A DNA stretch of 64,000 bases from Candidatus Iainarchaeum sp. (GTDB taxonomy: Archaea > Iainarchaeota > Iainarchaeia > Iainarchaeales > VGJJ01), in NCBI GenBank assembly GCA_043803765.1, contig JAZDJQ010000018.1:1-64000 (forward strand), read 5' to 3'. Shown piece by piece: positions 1 through 9,244 of the stretch. The position numbers and the translations under genes were made by a program. Within the stretch, counting starts at the first letter, position 1. Each line of letters opens with the position of its first letter. The notes below the pieces were generated by a model, which saw only the letters and a program-made list of their open reading frames with translations, was not told where the DNA came from and ran no database searches.

Positions 1-126
1 ATGAGTTCGTACTTTCGTGCGAAATGGTGCAGACTTTCGTCCGTTGTTTTGTGTTGAAGCATTTCATAGTGCATGTGTCATCCCGTATCCTATAAAGGAA
101 TACGGGGGCTCTTGCCCCAACCGCTT

Positions 127-140
127 ATGCCCCGAGCGGG
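127..140 (+). repeat. Cassette-boundary motif copy 1 (ATGCCCCGAGCGGG)
   Basis: Identical to 8014-8027 and near-identical to 5883-5896 and 11142-11154; intergenic, preceded by GC hairpins. Confidence 0.75.
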
Positions 141-230
141 AATAGAAGATAGCGGTAAACTGCCTTTTGTAAGGAACAATATGCCTTAGTAGGTAGAAGT
201 AATTAAAAGTATCCTTGTCCTTTTCGATTA

Positions 231-878
231 ATGCCTGTCCGCGTCTCTATCCGTCGGCATTCCCATCGGCCCAAAGAATCGGTTGGAAAAGAAGTTGGCA
301 TAACACGCTGGGGAAAATTTGCGGCCGCATTAAGAGGGCTATCTCTTCGGTCGAAAGGGACTCAACCCAAGATTTACAGTTCTCCTTACCGACGAACCCG
401 GGAAACGGGGCAGATTATTACCAAAGCGAGCGGAACCGGGTATCGTTTTCGAGAGAGAAAAGAATTGGGATTTGACTTACTGCGCTCGCCGGAACACCGC
501 GAAGCAGCACGCCAATACCAGATACACGGAGAAAAGGTCTTCTTAGAAAAATGGTTAACCAACCAGGTTGATTCGCGATTATTCTTAACCCCTCGCGAGG
601 TGGCCACACGTTTAGCAAAGGCAATGAGAAAAGCACAGAAAGGAAGCACAAAACAGGAACGAGTGGGCAGGACTGAAACAATCGATTTGGAAGGCATTTC
701 TCACCTTCCCCATATAATGGCCCTCTTTTATGAGCTGAGTAGAAAGCGGTATTCCCCCAATGACCTGCTAAAATTTAATCAGGCCTTTCAAATCGAATTT
801 GGTCGGCAAATAATTCTTTCCTACAAAGGAAAAAAATACGATGTCACAGAGCGATTTAACGAATTAGTAGGATTGTAG
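231..878 (+). CDS. Histidine phosphatase superfamily-like protein
   Basis: RRHS (RHG-like) near the N-terminus, IYSSPYRRTRET motif, later ISH motif. Confidence 0.65.
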   Translation: MPVRVSIRRHSHRPKESVGKEVGITRWGKFAAALRGLSLRSKGTQPKIYSSPYRRTRETGQIITKASGTGYRFRERKELGFDLLRSPEHREAARQYQIHGEKVFLEKWLTNQVDSRLFLTPREVATRLAKAMRKAQKGSTKQERVGRTETIDLEGISHLPHIMALFYELSRKRYSPNDLLKFNQAFQIEFGRQIILSYKGKKYDVTERFNELVGL

Positions 879-879
879 A

Positions 880-2322
880 CTACAACACTTTTCGAACGAT
901 TCCTTTGGTAGCATCCACTTCAATTATATCACCATCCTTAAAGGAGACAGTGGCACTTTCCGTCCCGACGACACAAGGTATGCGGAACTCCCTACTCACA
1001 ATAGCGGCGTGGGAGGTGATCCCGCCAATATCGGTTACTACGGCTCCTGCTATTCTCATCGCTTCTACAAAATCGGGTGTCGTGAGCCGGGCAACCAATA
1101 TGTCCCCTTTTTCGACCTTCCCCAGCTGACTTCGATCTTTCACGATTTTAGCTTTTCCCTTGGCAAACCCCGGCGAAGCAGGGTATCCTTTCAGTTCAGA
1201 TGAATCGTTTATGTTGGATTTAACATGCTGTGGCTCCATGCTATCTCCAAGAAATAGTCTCGTTTTTCCATCTTCCGTAACCAGGGCATATTTTTCCAGA
1301 CGCGACTGCAGTTCTTCTTCTGAAACTTTTTCTGCCTTTTCAAGAAGGTTCTCAATCTCGGAAGGCAAATAATATATCAACGATTCGTAGGAAATCTCAT
1401 AACGACGAGCAATTTCCATTAGCAACAATGAAAAATAATGAGCGCCCTCATTCAGCCACTCCAGCCGTTGATTTCGAAAAAAGATTAATTTTCGCATCAA
1501 TTCCAAGTCACCCTTGAAATTGCTATCACTTATTTTTTCCAACATTAATCGGTACTCTTCAAGAGAACGAGCATTATGAGCTTCTATTTCTTCGAGTTCT
1601 TTTCCAGGGTCGCCGTCACTCAACATTTTCAATTCGTCCACCAGTGTTTCAATCATATAGTCGTTTCCCAAAAGGAGTGTTTTACGAATCCACACATATG
1701 ATTGTAAATAGGATTCGACCTCATCAAAAAAAGAAGAGTTGCGAAGCGCGTTTTCGGAGTATTCCATCATTTCATCCTTAGCCTTTCTGGCAAGTTTTAG
1801 AAGGTCTTTCCGTTGTTTAAGAGTAGCCGTTTCCCCCTCAAAAACAGAAATAGTCTTCATTACTTCATCAAATCCACCCAAAGAGGCGAATTTCGTCCCA
1901 TATTTTGCATTAAGGACATCGACCAAGGCAAACTCAGAGGCAGCCGGGACCCCAATTAGTCCAACCGCTCGTTCATACAAATCATAATGGTCTCGAAACA
2001 TCCTGAGGAGGTCCTCGCGAGACAATTCGGGGATGCTCTTACTACCTCTAATTTTACCAAAATCAATCAGTTTTCTTGAAACTTCCCGAATAACCTCAAA
2101 AAAATGCGGAATTAAGCGCCGGTAATCCGACTTTATCAGTTCCTGAAAAGCAGCATACTCTTCCGCAACCCCACAAATATCATTGTCCACGTTCTTGCGA
2201 TTTTTAAAATCAAAATCAATCCCAAGCGTGTCCTTGAAGTGTCGTAGACCATTCTGACAAGCGAATTCGGAAAGAAGTTCTGTCTTAAAACTAACCACTA
2301 CAAACCAATTCTTCGACATCAA
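880..2322 (-). CDS. Protein with PEP-utilising enzyme mobile (phospho-His swivel) domain and a large helical N-terminal region; no ATP-binding domain
   Basis: C-terminal GDILVARLTTPD...GGITSHAAIVSREFRIPCVVG; 4-bp overlap with the upstream gene. Confidence 0.85.
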   Translation of the reverse strand: MMSKNWFVVVSFKTELLSEFACQNGLRHFKDTLGIDFDFKNRKNVDNDICGVAEEYAAFQELIKSDYRRLIPHFFEVIREVSRKLIDFGKIRGSKSIPELSREDLLRMFRDHYDLYERAVGLIGVPAASEFALVDVLNAKYGTKFASLGGFDEVMKTISVFEGETATLKQRKDLLKLARKAKDEMMEYSENALRNSSFFDEVESYLQSYVWIRKTLLLGNDYMIETLVDELKMLSDGDPGKELEEIEAHNARSLEEYRLMLEKISDSNFKGDLELMRKLIFFRNQRLEWLNEGAHYFSLLLMEIARRYEISYESLIYYLPSEIENLLEKAEKVSEEELQSRLEKYALVTEDGKTRLFLGDSMEPQHVKSNINDSSELKGYPASPGFAKGKAKIVKDRSQLGKVEKGDILVARLTTPDFVEAMRIAGAVVTDIGGITSHAAIVSREFRIPCVVGTESATVSFKDGDIIEVDATKGIVRKVL

Positions 2323-5300
2323 GACCCCCCTTCAAGAATACGAACCAATCCAGAAGTAGCGTCTACCTCGACTTCATCTCCATCATTAAGTGTGGCCGTC
2401 CCCGATTTCGTTCCCACGATACAGGGTTTTTTCATCTCACGCGCCACAATGGCTGCATGGCACATCATTCCACCTTCATCCGTCACAAAAGCAGCTGCCT
2501 TCTTCATTTCCTGAAGGAAATCAGGCATTGTCATCGGCGAGACAAGGATCTGCCCTTCTTGAATTTTTCCAAAATCATTATGTCCCATCACACGACAAAC
2601 AATTCCCCGCACTTTTCCGGGATGAGCAGTCTCTCCTTTTACTTCAGGCCCTGAAACGGCCTCAATTTGCTCCAACTGGATAGAATATTTTTCTTCAATC
2701 TCTTCTCGTGAAGCACCCACAAGAAGATCAGAATCCACCTGGTAGTATCCCGCATCCCGCAAAGCCAATTCTTCCTTTGATGGAGTGACTCCTTTACGAA
2801 TCTCCTCCAATGTGAACATCGAAGAAAGCTCACCAAGTTCAGGATAAATTTTTTTCAATGATTTTCGAATCACTACATCAGTTCCGGCTGAAAGCTTGTC
2901 CGTAAGGACACGGATTTTCTTAATGTTTGAATTATCCGCGCCCAATTCTTCAGGAGTGAGCCGATACAGCCACCACATTGCTTCTACCCAAGAATAGACT
3001 GAAATAAATGAATCAATAAACTTCTTCAATTCAGGCAAATCCAACGTTTGCTCTTCTTCATAAATCGGCCGGATATATGAAATGCCCTCCAATACCTTCT
3101 TCTCAACTTTTGTGAGAAATGAGGCATCTTTCTTTGTCCGCTGAATCAACTGATTATTCATCCACCCTAATGCATTAGGATTAAAATACACATGAACCGT
3201 TCCATCAATACGCTCCGCCACCATATGCGGTTTATGCGGAGAAGTATCAAGATACCACGGTTTATTCGGAGACGATTCGCAAGTCAGCGCTAATTGAATG
3301 GTGGATAATGAAAAATCACGCGAAAAAACACGCTCATAAGGTTTTACCTTTTCCTTGGCAATACGAATAACTCCATTATCTGCATCCACTTCAACTACCA
3401 TTTCATTTTTCAAAAGTTGAGTCGCGACTTTTGTGCCAATTATGCATGGTTTTTTCATTTCTCTGGCAACAACAGCGGCGTGACATGTGATTCCACCCTC
3501 ATCTGTGATAAAGGCAGCAGCTTTTTGCATCACGGGAGCCATGTCAGGAGTAGTCATTGTTGTAACTATGATAGCTCCTTCCTTCACTTTTTGAAAATCA
3601 GATTTTGATTGGATTAGGACAACTTTTCCCACTATTTTTCCTTTATAGGCAGTGGTTCCTTTTAGCTCATCTAAATTTAATCGTTCCTTTTCGAGGTGTT
3701 CCTCTTCGAGTTCAATCATTTTTTTTGGATTAGTTTCAAAAATAACCTTATCGGGCTCAACCGTGATAATAACAAATCCTTTTTCACGTAATTCAATTTC
3801 ATTGTTTGACAAGATTACATTACCAAGAAGCTCATCTGGTCGATAAGCAAGAATTTCCTTCCAAGATAATCTCTTTCGTTTGGCGATTTCCTCAATTAAG
3901 GGTCGAACGTTGGCGAATGCTAAACTCAAATAATCGGTTCGATAGGTTCGATAATAAACCAACTCTTTTGCAATAGAAACGAGATTTGAAAAAACCTTAT
4001 CAGCCGATAACTTTCTTAACAATGCTTCGGAATTTCGAATACTTTCACGCTCAAACTTATCCAATTCTCTGAGTTTTGCCCCACAGTCTGTTTGACATAA
4101 ATCCTTCAAGCGTTCAAAAAATTGTGCCTCTGTCCAAGGGTCATCGATTCCACCGCGCGTATTCATCCAACCAAACTCATCTAAATGAGAACGAATTTTT
4201 TGACTAAAATTATGAGGCAATTTTTCAACAGTAGTTACCTCAACTTTCTTTTTTTGCAGTTCAGAAGCAATTAAAAGTACATTCCTTTGTTCCAACGCAG
4301 CAAAATTCTTCTTAGTTGGAAACGTAAGAATGGAGAGTTCTTCATCTAAATCATTAGAGCCTTTCAATCGTTCACGGATTGCCATCTCTACTGGGCCTTG
4401 CAACCCCCACCCTGCTAACGCGATGGAAAATAACTCGTATTTCTTAACGAACTCACGAAATGTGTCCATTAACTTATCATTTGAGAAAGATGAAAAATTA
4501 GTCACTTTCATTTTTTCAGAAAACAATTTCAGTTCTTCTCCTATAGAATAAATGGTATCGAATACATTCAATACTGAGCCTTGTTTGGTCATTTCCTTAT
4601 CAAATAAACGCTGCCCCAAATCATGGATTTCCTTCCCAAAACACCATTTATCAGTAAAAACGCCAGTAGTTAGATAAAAGTCATTTAGCTCCATTAGTTG
4701 TTCAAAACTTTTAGGCCTTGATAGCCCGGACACAAACATATCTGAAATCAAAATACCATAACGGCGTGTAACAACCGCCTTCATCTTTCCTGACTTCACT
4801 GCAGAAGAAAATTCTTTCAAAGTCGTAATCGGCCTTGATTGCGTAATGTAAAAGATCCCTTTTTCCAAAGCCCATTCCACATCAACAGGAAATCCATAAT
4901 GCGCTTCAATTTTCAAAACGAGTTTTCCTAATTCCTGAATTTGAGTATCATCAAGTTTCTGCAAGGAACCCTTTTCAGAATCGATTTCCTTCCATTCATT
5001 ACCCCCATTTTCCAAACGAAAAATACCCCTCTTCTGCTCGCTCACATTCTTATTCAAAAAACCAAAAGGTTTCTTCTCCAACACATACGAGTCCGGGGTA
5101 ATCTGTCCGGAAACAATGGCCTCACCCAAGCCATAACCTGCTTCGATAATGAGTTGATTATAGTCTTGTGTTACAGGGTGCACGGAAAACGCAATCCCAG
5201 ACACCTCACTCTCCACCATCTTCTGCACCACTACGGCCACTGAAATGTGTTCGCCGTGCAACCCTTTTTCGAATCGGTAAAAAATAGCTCTGGGAGTGAA

Positions 5301-5756
5301 CAAAGAAGCCCAGCACCGTTTCACATTTTCCAACAATTTTTCTTTCGTCGTATTGAGAAACGTGTCCAATTGTCCCGCCCACGCGGCAGACGAAGAATCC
5401 TCGGCGGTTGCAGAAGAACGCACTGCTACAAAAGGAGTGTTCAATTTATTGAAATTAGAAAGAATTTCTTTTTGCAAATCAATAGACACTTTTTGGGATA
5501 AAATCAGTGCCTGGATTTCTTCCGAAGCCCTTTCCACAGACTCCATTTCATGATGATTCACCTTATGCAAAATGGAATCAATATCCGCCTTGATATTCGT
5601 CTCCGAAATGAACCGATCGAACGCGGAAGAAAGAATCACAAACCCAGGCGGCACAGGAATTTTGGCTTGGATCATTTCTCCAAGAGAGGCACCTTTTCCG
5701 CCGGCCACGGCCACATCCTCCTTGGATAAATCAGTAAAAGGCTGAATAAAGGCCAT
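2319..5756 (-). CDS. Dikinase-like protein: PPDK/PEP-synthase N-terminal ATP-grasp domain plus two phospho-His swivel domains (rifampicin-phosphotransferase-like architecture)
   Basis: GGKGASLGEM, VAVRSSATAEDS, QSRPITT; GGITCHAAVVARE and GGMMCHAAIVARE; no C-terminal PEP/pyruvate TIM barrel; likely start MAFIQPF at 5756. Confidence 0.85.
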   Translation of the reverse strand: MAFIQPFTDLSKEDVAVAGGKGASLGEMIQAKIPVPPGFVILSSAFDRFISETNIKADIDSILHKVNHHEMESVERASEEIQALILSQKVSIDLQKEILSNFNKLNTPFVAVRSSATAEDSSSAAWAGQLDTFLNTTKEKLLENVKRCWASLFTPRAIFYRFEKGLHGEHISVAVVVQKMVESEVSGIAFSVHPVTQDYNQLIIEAGYGLGEAIVSGQITPDSYVLEKKPFGFLNKNVSEQKRGIFRLENGGNEWKEIDSEKGSLQKLDDTQIQELGKLVLKIEAHYGFPVDVEWALEKGIFYITQSRPITTLKEFSSAVKSGKMKAVVTRRYGILISDMFVSGLSRPKSFEQLMELNDFYLTTGVFTDKWCFGKEIHDLGQRLFDKEMTKQGSVLNVFDTIYSIGEELKLFSEKMKVTNFSSFSNDKLMDTFREFVKKYELFSIALAGWGLQGPVEMAIRERLKGSNDLDEELSILTFPTKKNFAALEQRNVLLIASELQKKKVEVTTVEKLPHNFSQKIRSHLDEFGWMNTRGGIDDPWTEAQFFERLKDLCQTDCGAKLRELDKFERESIRNSEALLRKLSADKVFSNLVSIAKELVYYRTYRTDYLSLAFANVRPLIEEIAKRKRLSWKEILAYRPDELLGNVILSNNEIELREKGFVIITVEPDKVIFETNPKKMIELEEEHLEKERLNLDELKGTTAYKGKIVGKVVLIQSKSDFQKVKEGAIIVTTMTTPDMAPVMQKAAAFITDEGGITCHAAVVAREMKKPCIIGTKVATQLLKNEMVVEVDADNGVIRIAKEKVKPYERVFSRDFSLSTIQLALTCESSPNKPWYLDTSPHKPHMVAERIDGTVHVYFNPNALGWMNNQLIQRTKKDASFLTKVEKKVLEGISYIRPIYEEEQTLDLPELKKFIDSFISVYSWVEAMWWLYRLTPEELGADNSNIKKIRVLTDKLSAGTDVVIRKSLKKIYPELGELSSMFTLEEIRKGVTPSKEELALRDAGYYQVDSDLLVGASREEIEEKYSIQLEQIEAVSGPEVKGETAHPGKVRGIVCRVMGHNDFGKIQEGQILVSPMTMPDFLQEMKKAAAFVTDEGGMMCHAAIVAREMKKPCIVGTKSGTATLNDGDEVEVDATSGLVRILEGGS

Positions 5757-5882
5757 AATAAGAAATATAACTGGCGAAAAGGTTAATACCGAATCCCAAA
5801 AATAGGCCATTTGGTGGGTGATTTTTTAAAAATTGGAAGCTATACTTTGGAAAAAGGAAGGGGGCATACTGCCCAGGAATAA

Positions 5883-5896
5883 ATGCCCCGCGCGGG
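5883..5896 (+). repeat. Cassette-boundary motif copy 2 (ATGCCCCGCGCGGG)
   Basis: 13/14 match; GGGGCAT inverted copy 15 nt upstream (5861-5867). Confidence 0.65.
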
Positions 5897-5951
5897 AAGC
5901 CGGCTATTTTTCCAGTAAAACAAGATTATTTTATAAATAGTTCACCTTATA

Positions 5952-6833
5952 ATGGAATATATGGAATTATCCAAGACAGAGTTATTGATTTTGGAGCAGA
6001 TCGCCCAGGGAAACCAAATGGTCCCCGGCTTGGCGAAAGCCCTGCAAAAGAGTGAAAAACAAATCTATGTTGGAATCAAGCGATTGGTAAACAAGGATTT
6101 CGTTACCCTACATCGTGGCAGGGTAAAAGGAACGCACGACCTCCCAACTACGCTACTTCTCCAACTACTATCCGAAACCCCCTATGTATCCCCCGTGCTA
6201 TCCGATTCGGGAATCCCTATCCTTCAATTATTAGAAACCCCACAAACCGCACAGCAAATTATCCAAAAAACAGGATATCGAAAAAGTATCGTATATCAAA
6301 AACTGAAGAAAGGAATCGGCCACAATATGATAGTGGAAAAGGAAAAAACCTATCAATGGAATCCCAAGCTGTGGCTCCTTCTACAATCGTTTTTGCAAGA
6401 AATCACTAAACATGAGCAAACCATCGACGCGCGTGTTCCTCCATCCTCCGTCATTTATTTCAAGAATAAGGACGAAATCGTTTTTTCGACTAAGGAAGAA
6501 TTAGATGCATCCCTTACTGCCTTCTCTGCGTATAAGGATTTTGGCATTAAGCTCTACAATATCACCTATTTCTATTACCTGCCCAAAAAGAAATTAACCG
6601 CCGAAGAAGTATTCCGTCATTCCCTTTACGTCGCCGAGAAAACAAGCGAAATTCGTCATATCATTTTCGTGGCCTTATTTTACCTGAAACATCGGAAAAA
6701 GCTCTCCAAAATACAGCATCCCATCCTCGAAAAGCTGAACCGAACTTTCTATGGGGAGAAATTCGGCGGTTTCCCCTCCCTGCAAGAGATAAAAGACCGT
6801 GCGGCTGTATATGACCTCGAGGTGCGACCATGA
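5952..6833 (+). CDS. Winged-HTH protein, putative antitoxin/regulator partner of the downstream nucleotidyltransferase
   Basis: Two wHTH-like segments (LAKALQKSEKQIYVGIKRL; IIQKTGYRKSIVYQKL); ATGA overlap with the NTase gene. Confidence 0.65.
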   Translation: MEYMELSKTELLILEQIAQGNQMVPGLAKALQKSEKQIYVGIKRLVNKDFVTLHRGRVKGTHDLPTTLLLQLLSETPYVSPVLSDSGIPILQLLETPQTAQQIIQKTGYRKSIVYQKLKKGIGHNMIVEKEKTYQWNPKLWLLLQSFLQEITKHEQTIDARVPPSSVIYFKNKDEIVFSTKEELDASLTAFSAYKDFGIKLYNITYFYYLPKKKLTAEEVFRHSLYVAEKTSEIRHIIFVALFYLKHRKKLSKIQHPILEKLNRTFYGEKFGGFPSLQEIKDRAAVYDLEVRP

Positions 6834-7486
6834 TTACCAGCATGCAACCCGTCCAAGAACTGTTTCAGGAATTATCTCCGAGACTTTCAACGAGCGTCCG
6901 CCTGTATCTCATTGGTGGAATCGTCCTCCTCCAACAAGGACTCAAGGGAGCCACGAAAGACATTGACATTGTGGTCGAAACCAAAGAAGAATTTGAAGCA
7001 TTCCATGACGCCCTCGAACAGGCCAAATTTTCACCTAAAATTCCACGAAAGGGCGCCGAACACATGAATTTGAACCAAGTGTTTGTGCGCGGAGAATTGA
7101 ACATTGACCTTTTCCAGAAAGAGGTTTGCGGAAAATTCGCTTTATCCAAAACCATGATGCAACGTGCCAGACCGGCTTTCGACTACCCGAATCTCGGTAT
7201 ATTTTTCTGCTCTAACGAAGACATTTTTCTATTTAAGAACATGACCGAGCGCGATGGGGATATTGATGATTGTCTCGCATTGGCTAATATGACATTAAAC
7301 TATGATAGTATTCTCGAAGAACTCCAACACCAAATCAAACAAAGCAAACAAGACATTTGGGTCACATGGGTGGGCGAGCGAATGGACATCTTAGAGGAAA
7401 AAGGGGCAATAATTCCTATTATGGACCGGCTCAACCAACTCCGAGAAGCATACATGGAAAAATGGATGAAAGAACGGGAGAAATAG
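6830..7486 (+). CDS. Nucleotidyltransferase (DUF6036-like, Pol-beta fold)
   Basis: LYLIGG...ATKDIDIV motif, later IDLF and K...R..D..D helix. Confidence 0.75.
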   Translation: MITSMQPVQELFQELSPRLSTSVRLYLIGGIVLLQQGLKGATKDIDIVVETKEEFEAFHDALEQAKFSPKIPRKGAEHMNLNQVFVRGELNIDLFQKEVCGKFALSKTMMQRARPAFDYPNLGIFFCSNEDIFLFKNMTERDGDIDDCLALANMTLNYDSILEELQHQIKQSKQDIWVTWVGERMDILEEKGAIIPIMDRLNQLREAYMEKWMKEREK

Positions 7487-7489
7487 AAA

Positions 7490-7933
7490 ATGGATTACAG
7501 AAAGAACAGTTCAGCAATCGTCATCTACAAAGGCAAGATTCTGATAACAAAAAAGCCAAATAGAGATTCTTGGCAGTTCCCCCAGGGTGGAATTAAAGAA
7601 AATGAAACGGGCGAGGAAGCCATTCTTCGTGAATTAAAAGAAGAACTGAATATCACAAAGGTAGAAATCGTCGGAAAAAGCAAGATTGTTCATCAATACG
7701 ACTGGTCGCCAGAAAAACAGAAACAGACAGGACTCCAGGGAATTCGCCAAAGAATATACTATATTCGACTGCTGGATGACCCTATGAAAATGAAAATCGA
7801 TCCAACCGAATTGGAAAAGTTCCAATGGATCGAGTCTGAAAATATCCACCCTTTTTTCAAATTCCAGAACCTACTTGATCTGCTGAATAATATCCAAGAG
7901 GAAATGAGCGAAATGGTCAGGAGATACCAATGA
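7490..7933 (+). CDS. NUDIX hydrolase (RppH-like)
   Basis: WQFPQGGIKENETGEEAILRELKEELNI Nudix box. Confidence 0.9.
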   Translation: MDYRKNSSAIVIYKGKILITKKPNRDSWQFPQGGIKENETGEEAILRELKEELNITKVEIVGKSKIVHQYDWSPEKQKQTGLQGIRQRIYYIRLLDDPMKMKIDPTELEKFQWIESENIHPFFKFQNLLDLLNNIQEEMSEMVRRYQ

Positions 7934-8013
7934 GCCCCCTTCCATCCGTTTTTTAATCGCTGTCGTCCGTATACAATCCGGATTCCCGGACATTATTCGG
8001 ACTGGCAGATATC

Positions 8014-8027
8014 ATGCCCCGAGCGGG
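8014..8027 (+). repeat. Cassette-boundary motif copy 3 (ATGCCCCGAGCGGG)
   Basis: Exact copy; preceded by a long imperfect hairpin at ~7960-8008. Confidence 0.75.
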
Positions 8028-8131
8028 CGTTAATTCCTGAAACAAGAACCCGGCTTTGTATCCTTTATGGTTACTTTAGAAGTGAGTGGACTTAATAATT
8101 TTGATGGTGTTCTTTGCTAAAAATATTGTGT

Positions 8132-9244
8132 TTAGTGGTTTTGAATTTTCTTTAATAATGCTATTGCTTCTTCTCGAATGTTTTTGTCGCGGTCGTTTTG
8201 GAGTTCCATTAGAACCCCGATGACTTGAATAAAATATCCCCCATACTCTTTTTTGGCTATTTTGGAAATGAATGTCATTGCCTTCAATACATCTGACTTT
8301 TTCTTGGAATCAAGATAGCTTTCCACTATTTTGAAAGCCCGTCGAAGCAGGGGTTCACTGCCATGATCACGATACATATTGTCTAAATGCTCGATTTCTA
8401 AATCCTTGGAAAAAAGAGATAGTTCCTCAACAGAAAAAAATGTTTTTCGAAGATCCTCCAAAACGGTTTCAAATTCTGGCAAATCAAAGACCATTCGCGC
8501 AAGGGAATCCACCCAATATCGTTTGGCCTCTTTGATTCGGTTATCGGAAAACATTAATTCTGGGGTGAATTCAATCTTATTTAGTTCGCATTTTTCTTCA
8601 ACCAATTTTATTAGTTCGGCAGGGGTTTTCCTAGCCACTTCGTTAAATTGCTGGTCACCAGTCAGCATCCACACGTCATAATAGTCTCTACTTTTACCGC
8701 GTTGTAATATTGCCCTGATTTTTTCAGCCATCACTTCGTATATTCCATAGCAATTAATCGAAAAGGGAGCAATATCAGGGTATAGAGATTCCTTTAGTGG
8801 CAATTTATCTCGGGCATAAATGATAGCTTCTTGCAGCGATACTTCCAATTTTATTTCACCTTGGTGGGCGAGTGGCCCCAAATAACTAATTCGGACTGAA
8901 AGGTATCCTTTATTTTCCATTCTTCCCGAGTTTTTGACGTGGAGTTGAGGCCCTCCATCAGACAAAATTGTTTCAAACGATCCTTCCAGTTCGAGAATTA
9001 ATTCGTTAAGTGATAATGTATGTTTTTTGTTCAGAGAAAAATCTAAATCTTCGGAGAGCCGATAATTTTCAGCATACATTTTGCTGATACAGGTGCCCCC
9101 TTTGAAAACGAGGGTTTCGGAAAGGGCAGGATTCATTGAAATGGCCTTGAGCACCCAAGTCAGAGCATAATCTTTCTCCATAAATGCAAGGTCTTTCACC
9201 TTTCGCTTGGAAGCGATGCGCTGCAATTCTGTTTTACTAATCAT
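8132..9244 (-). CDS. AbiEii/AbiGii-family nucleotidyltransferase toxin (type IV TA) with C-terminal helical extension
   Basis: EKDY, FKGGT, RLSEDLDF, EKIRA..QRGKSRDYYD motifs; start MISKTEL overlaps the antitoxin stop (ATGA). Confidence 0.9.
   Translation of the reverse strand: MISKTELQRIASKRKVKDLAFMEKDYALTWVLKAISMNPALSETLVFKGGTCISKMYAENYRLSEDLDFSLNKKHTLSLNELILELEGSFETILSDGGPQLHVKNSGRMENKGYLSVRISYLGPLAHQGEIKLEVSLQEAIIYARDKLPLKESLYPDIAPFSINCYGIYEVMAEKIRAILQRGKSRDYYDVWMLTGDQQFNEVARKTPAELIKLVEEKCELNKIEFTPELMFSDNRIKEAKRYWVDSLARMVFDLPEFETVLEDLRKTFFSVEELSLFSKDLEIEHLDNMYRDHGSEPLLRRAFKIVESYLDSKKKSDVLKAMTFISKIAKKEYGGYFIQVIGVLMELQNDRDKNIREEAIALLKKIQNH

Noticed and set aside
1-74. Partial minus-strand CDS (MHYEMLQHKTTDESLHHFARKYEL...)
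   Set aside because: Only 24 codons are visible at the window edge, and two frames are open, so it cannot be supported.
2319-5756. Annotation as PEP synthase (ppsA)
   Set aside because: The C-terminal PEP/pyruvate-binding barrel is absent.
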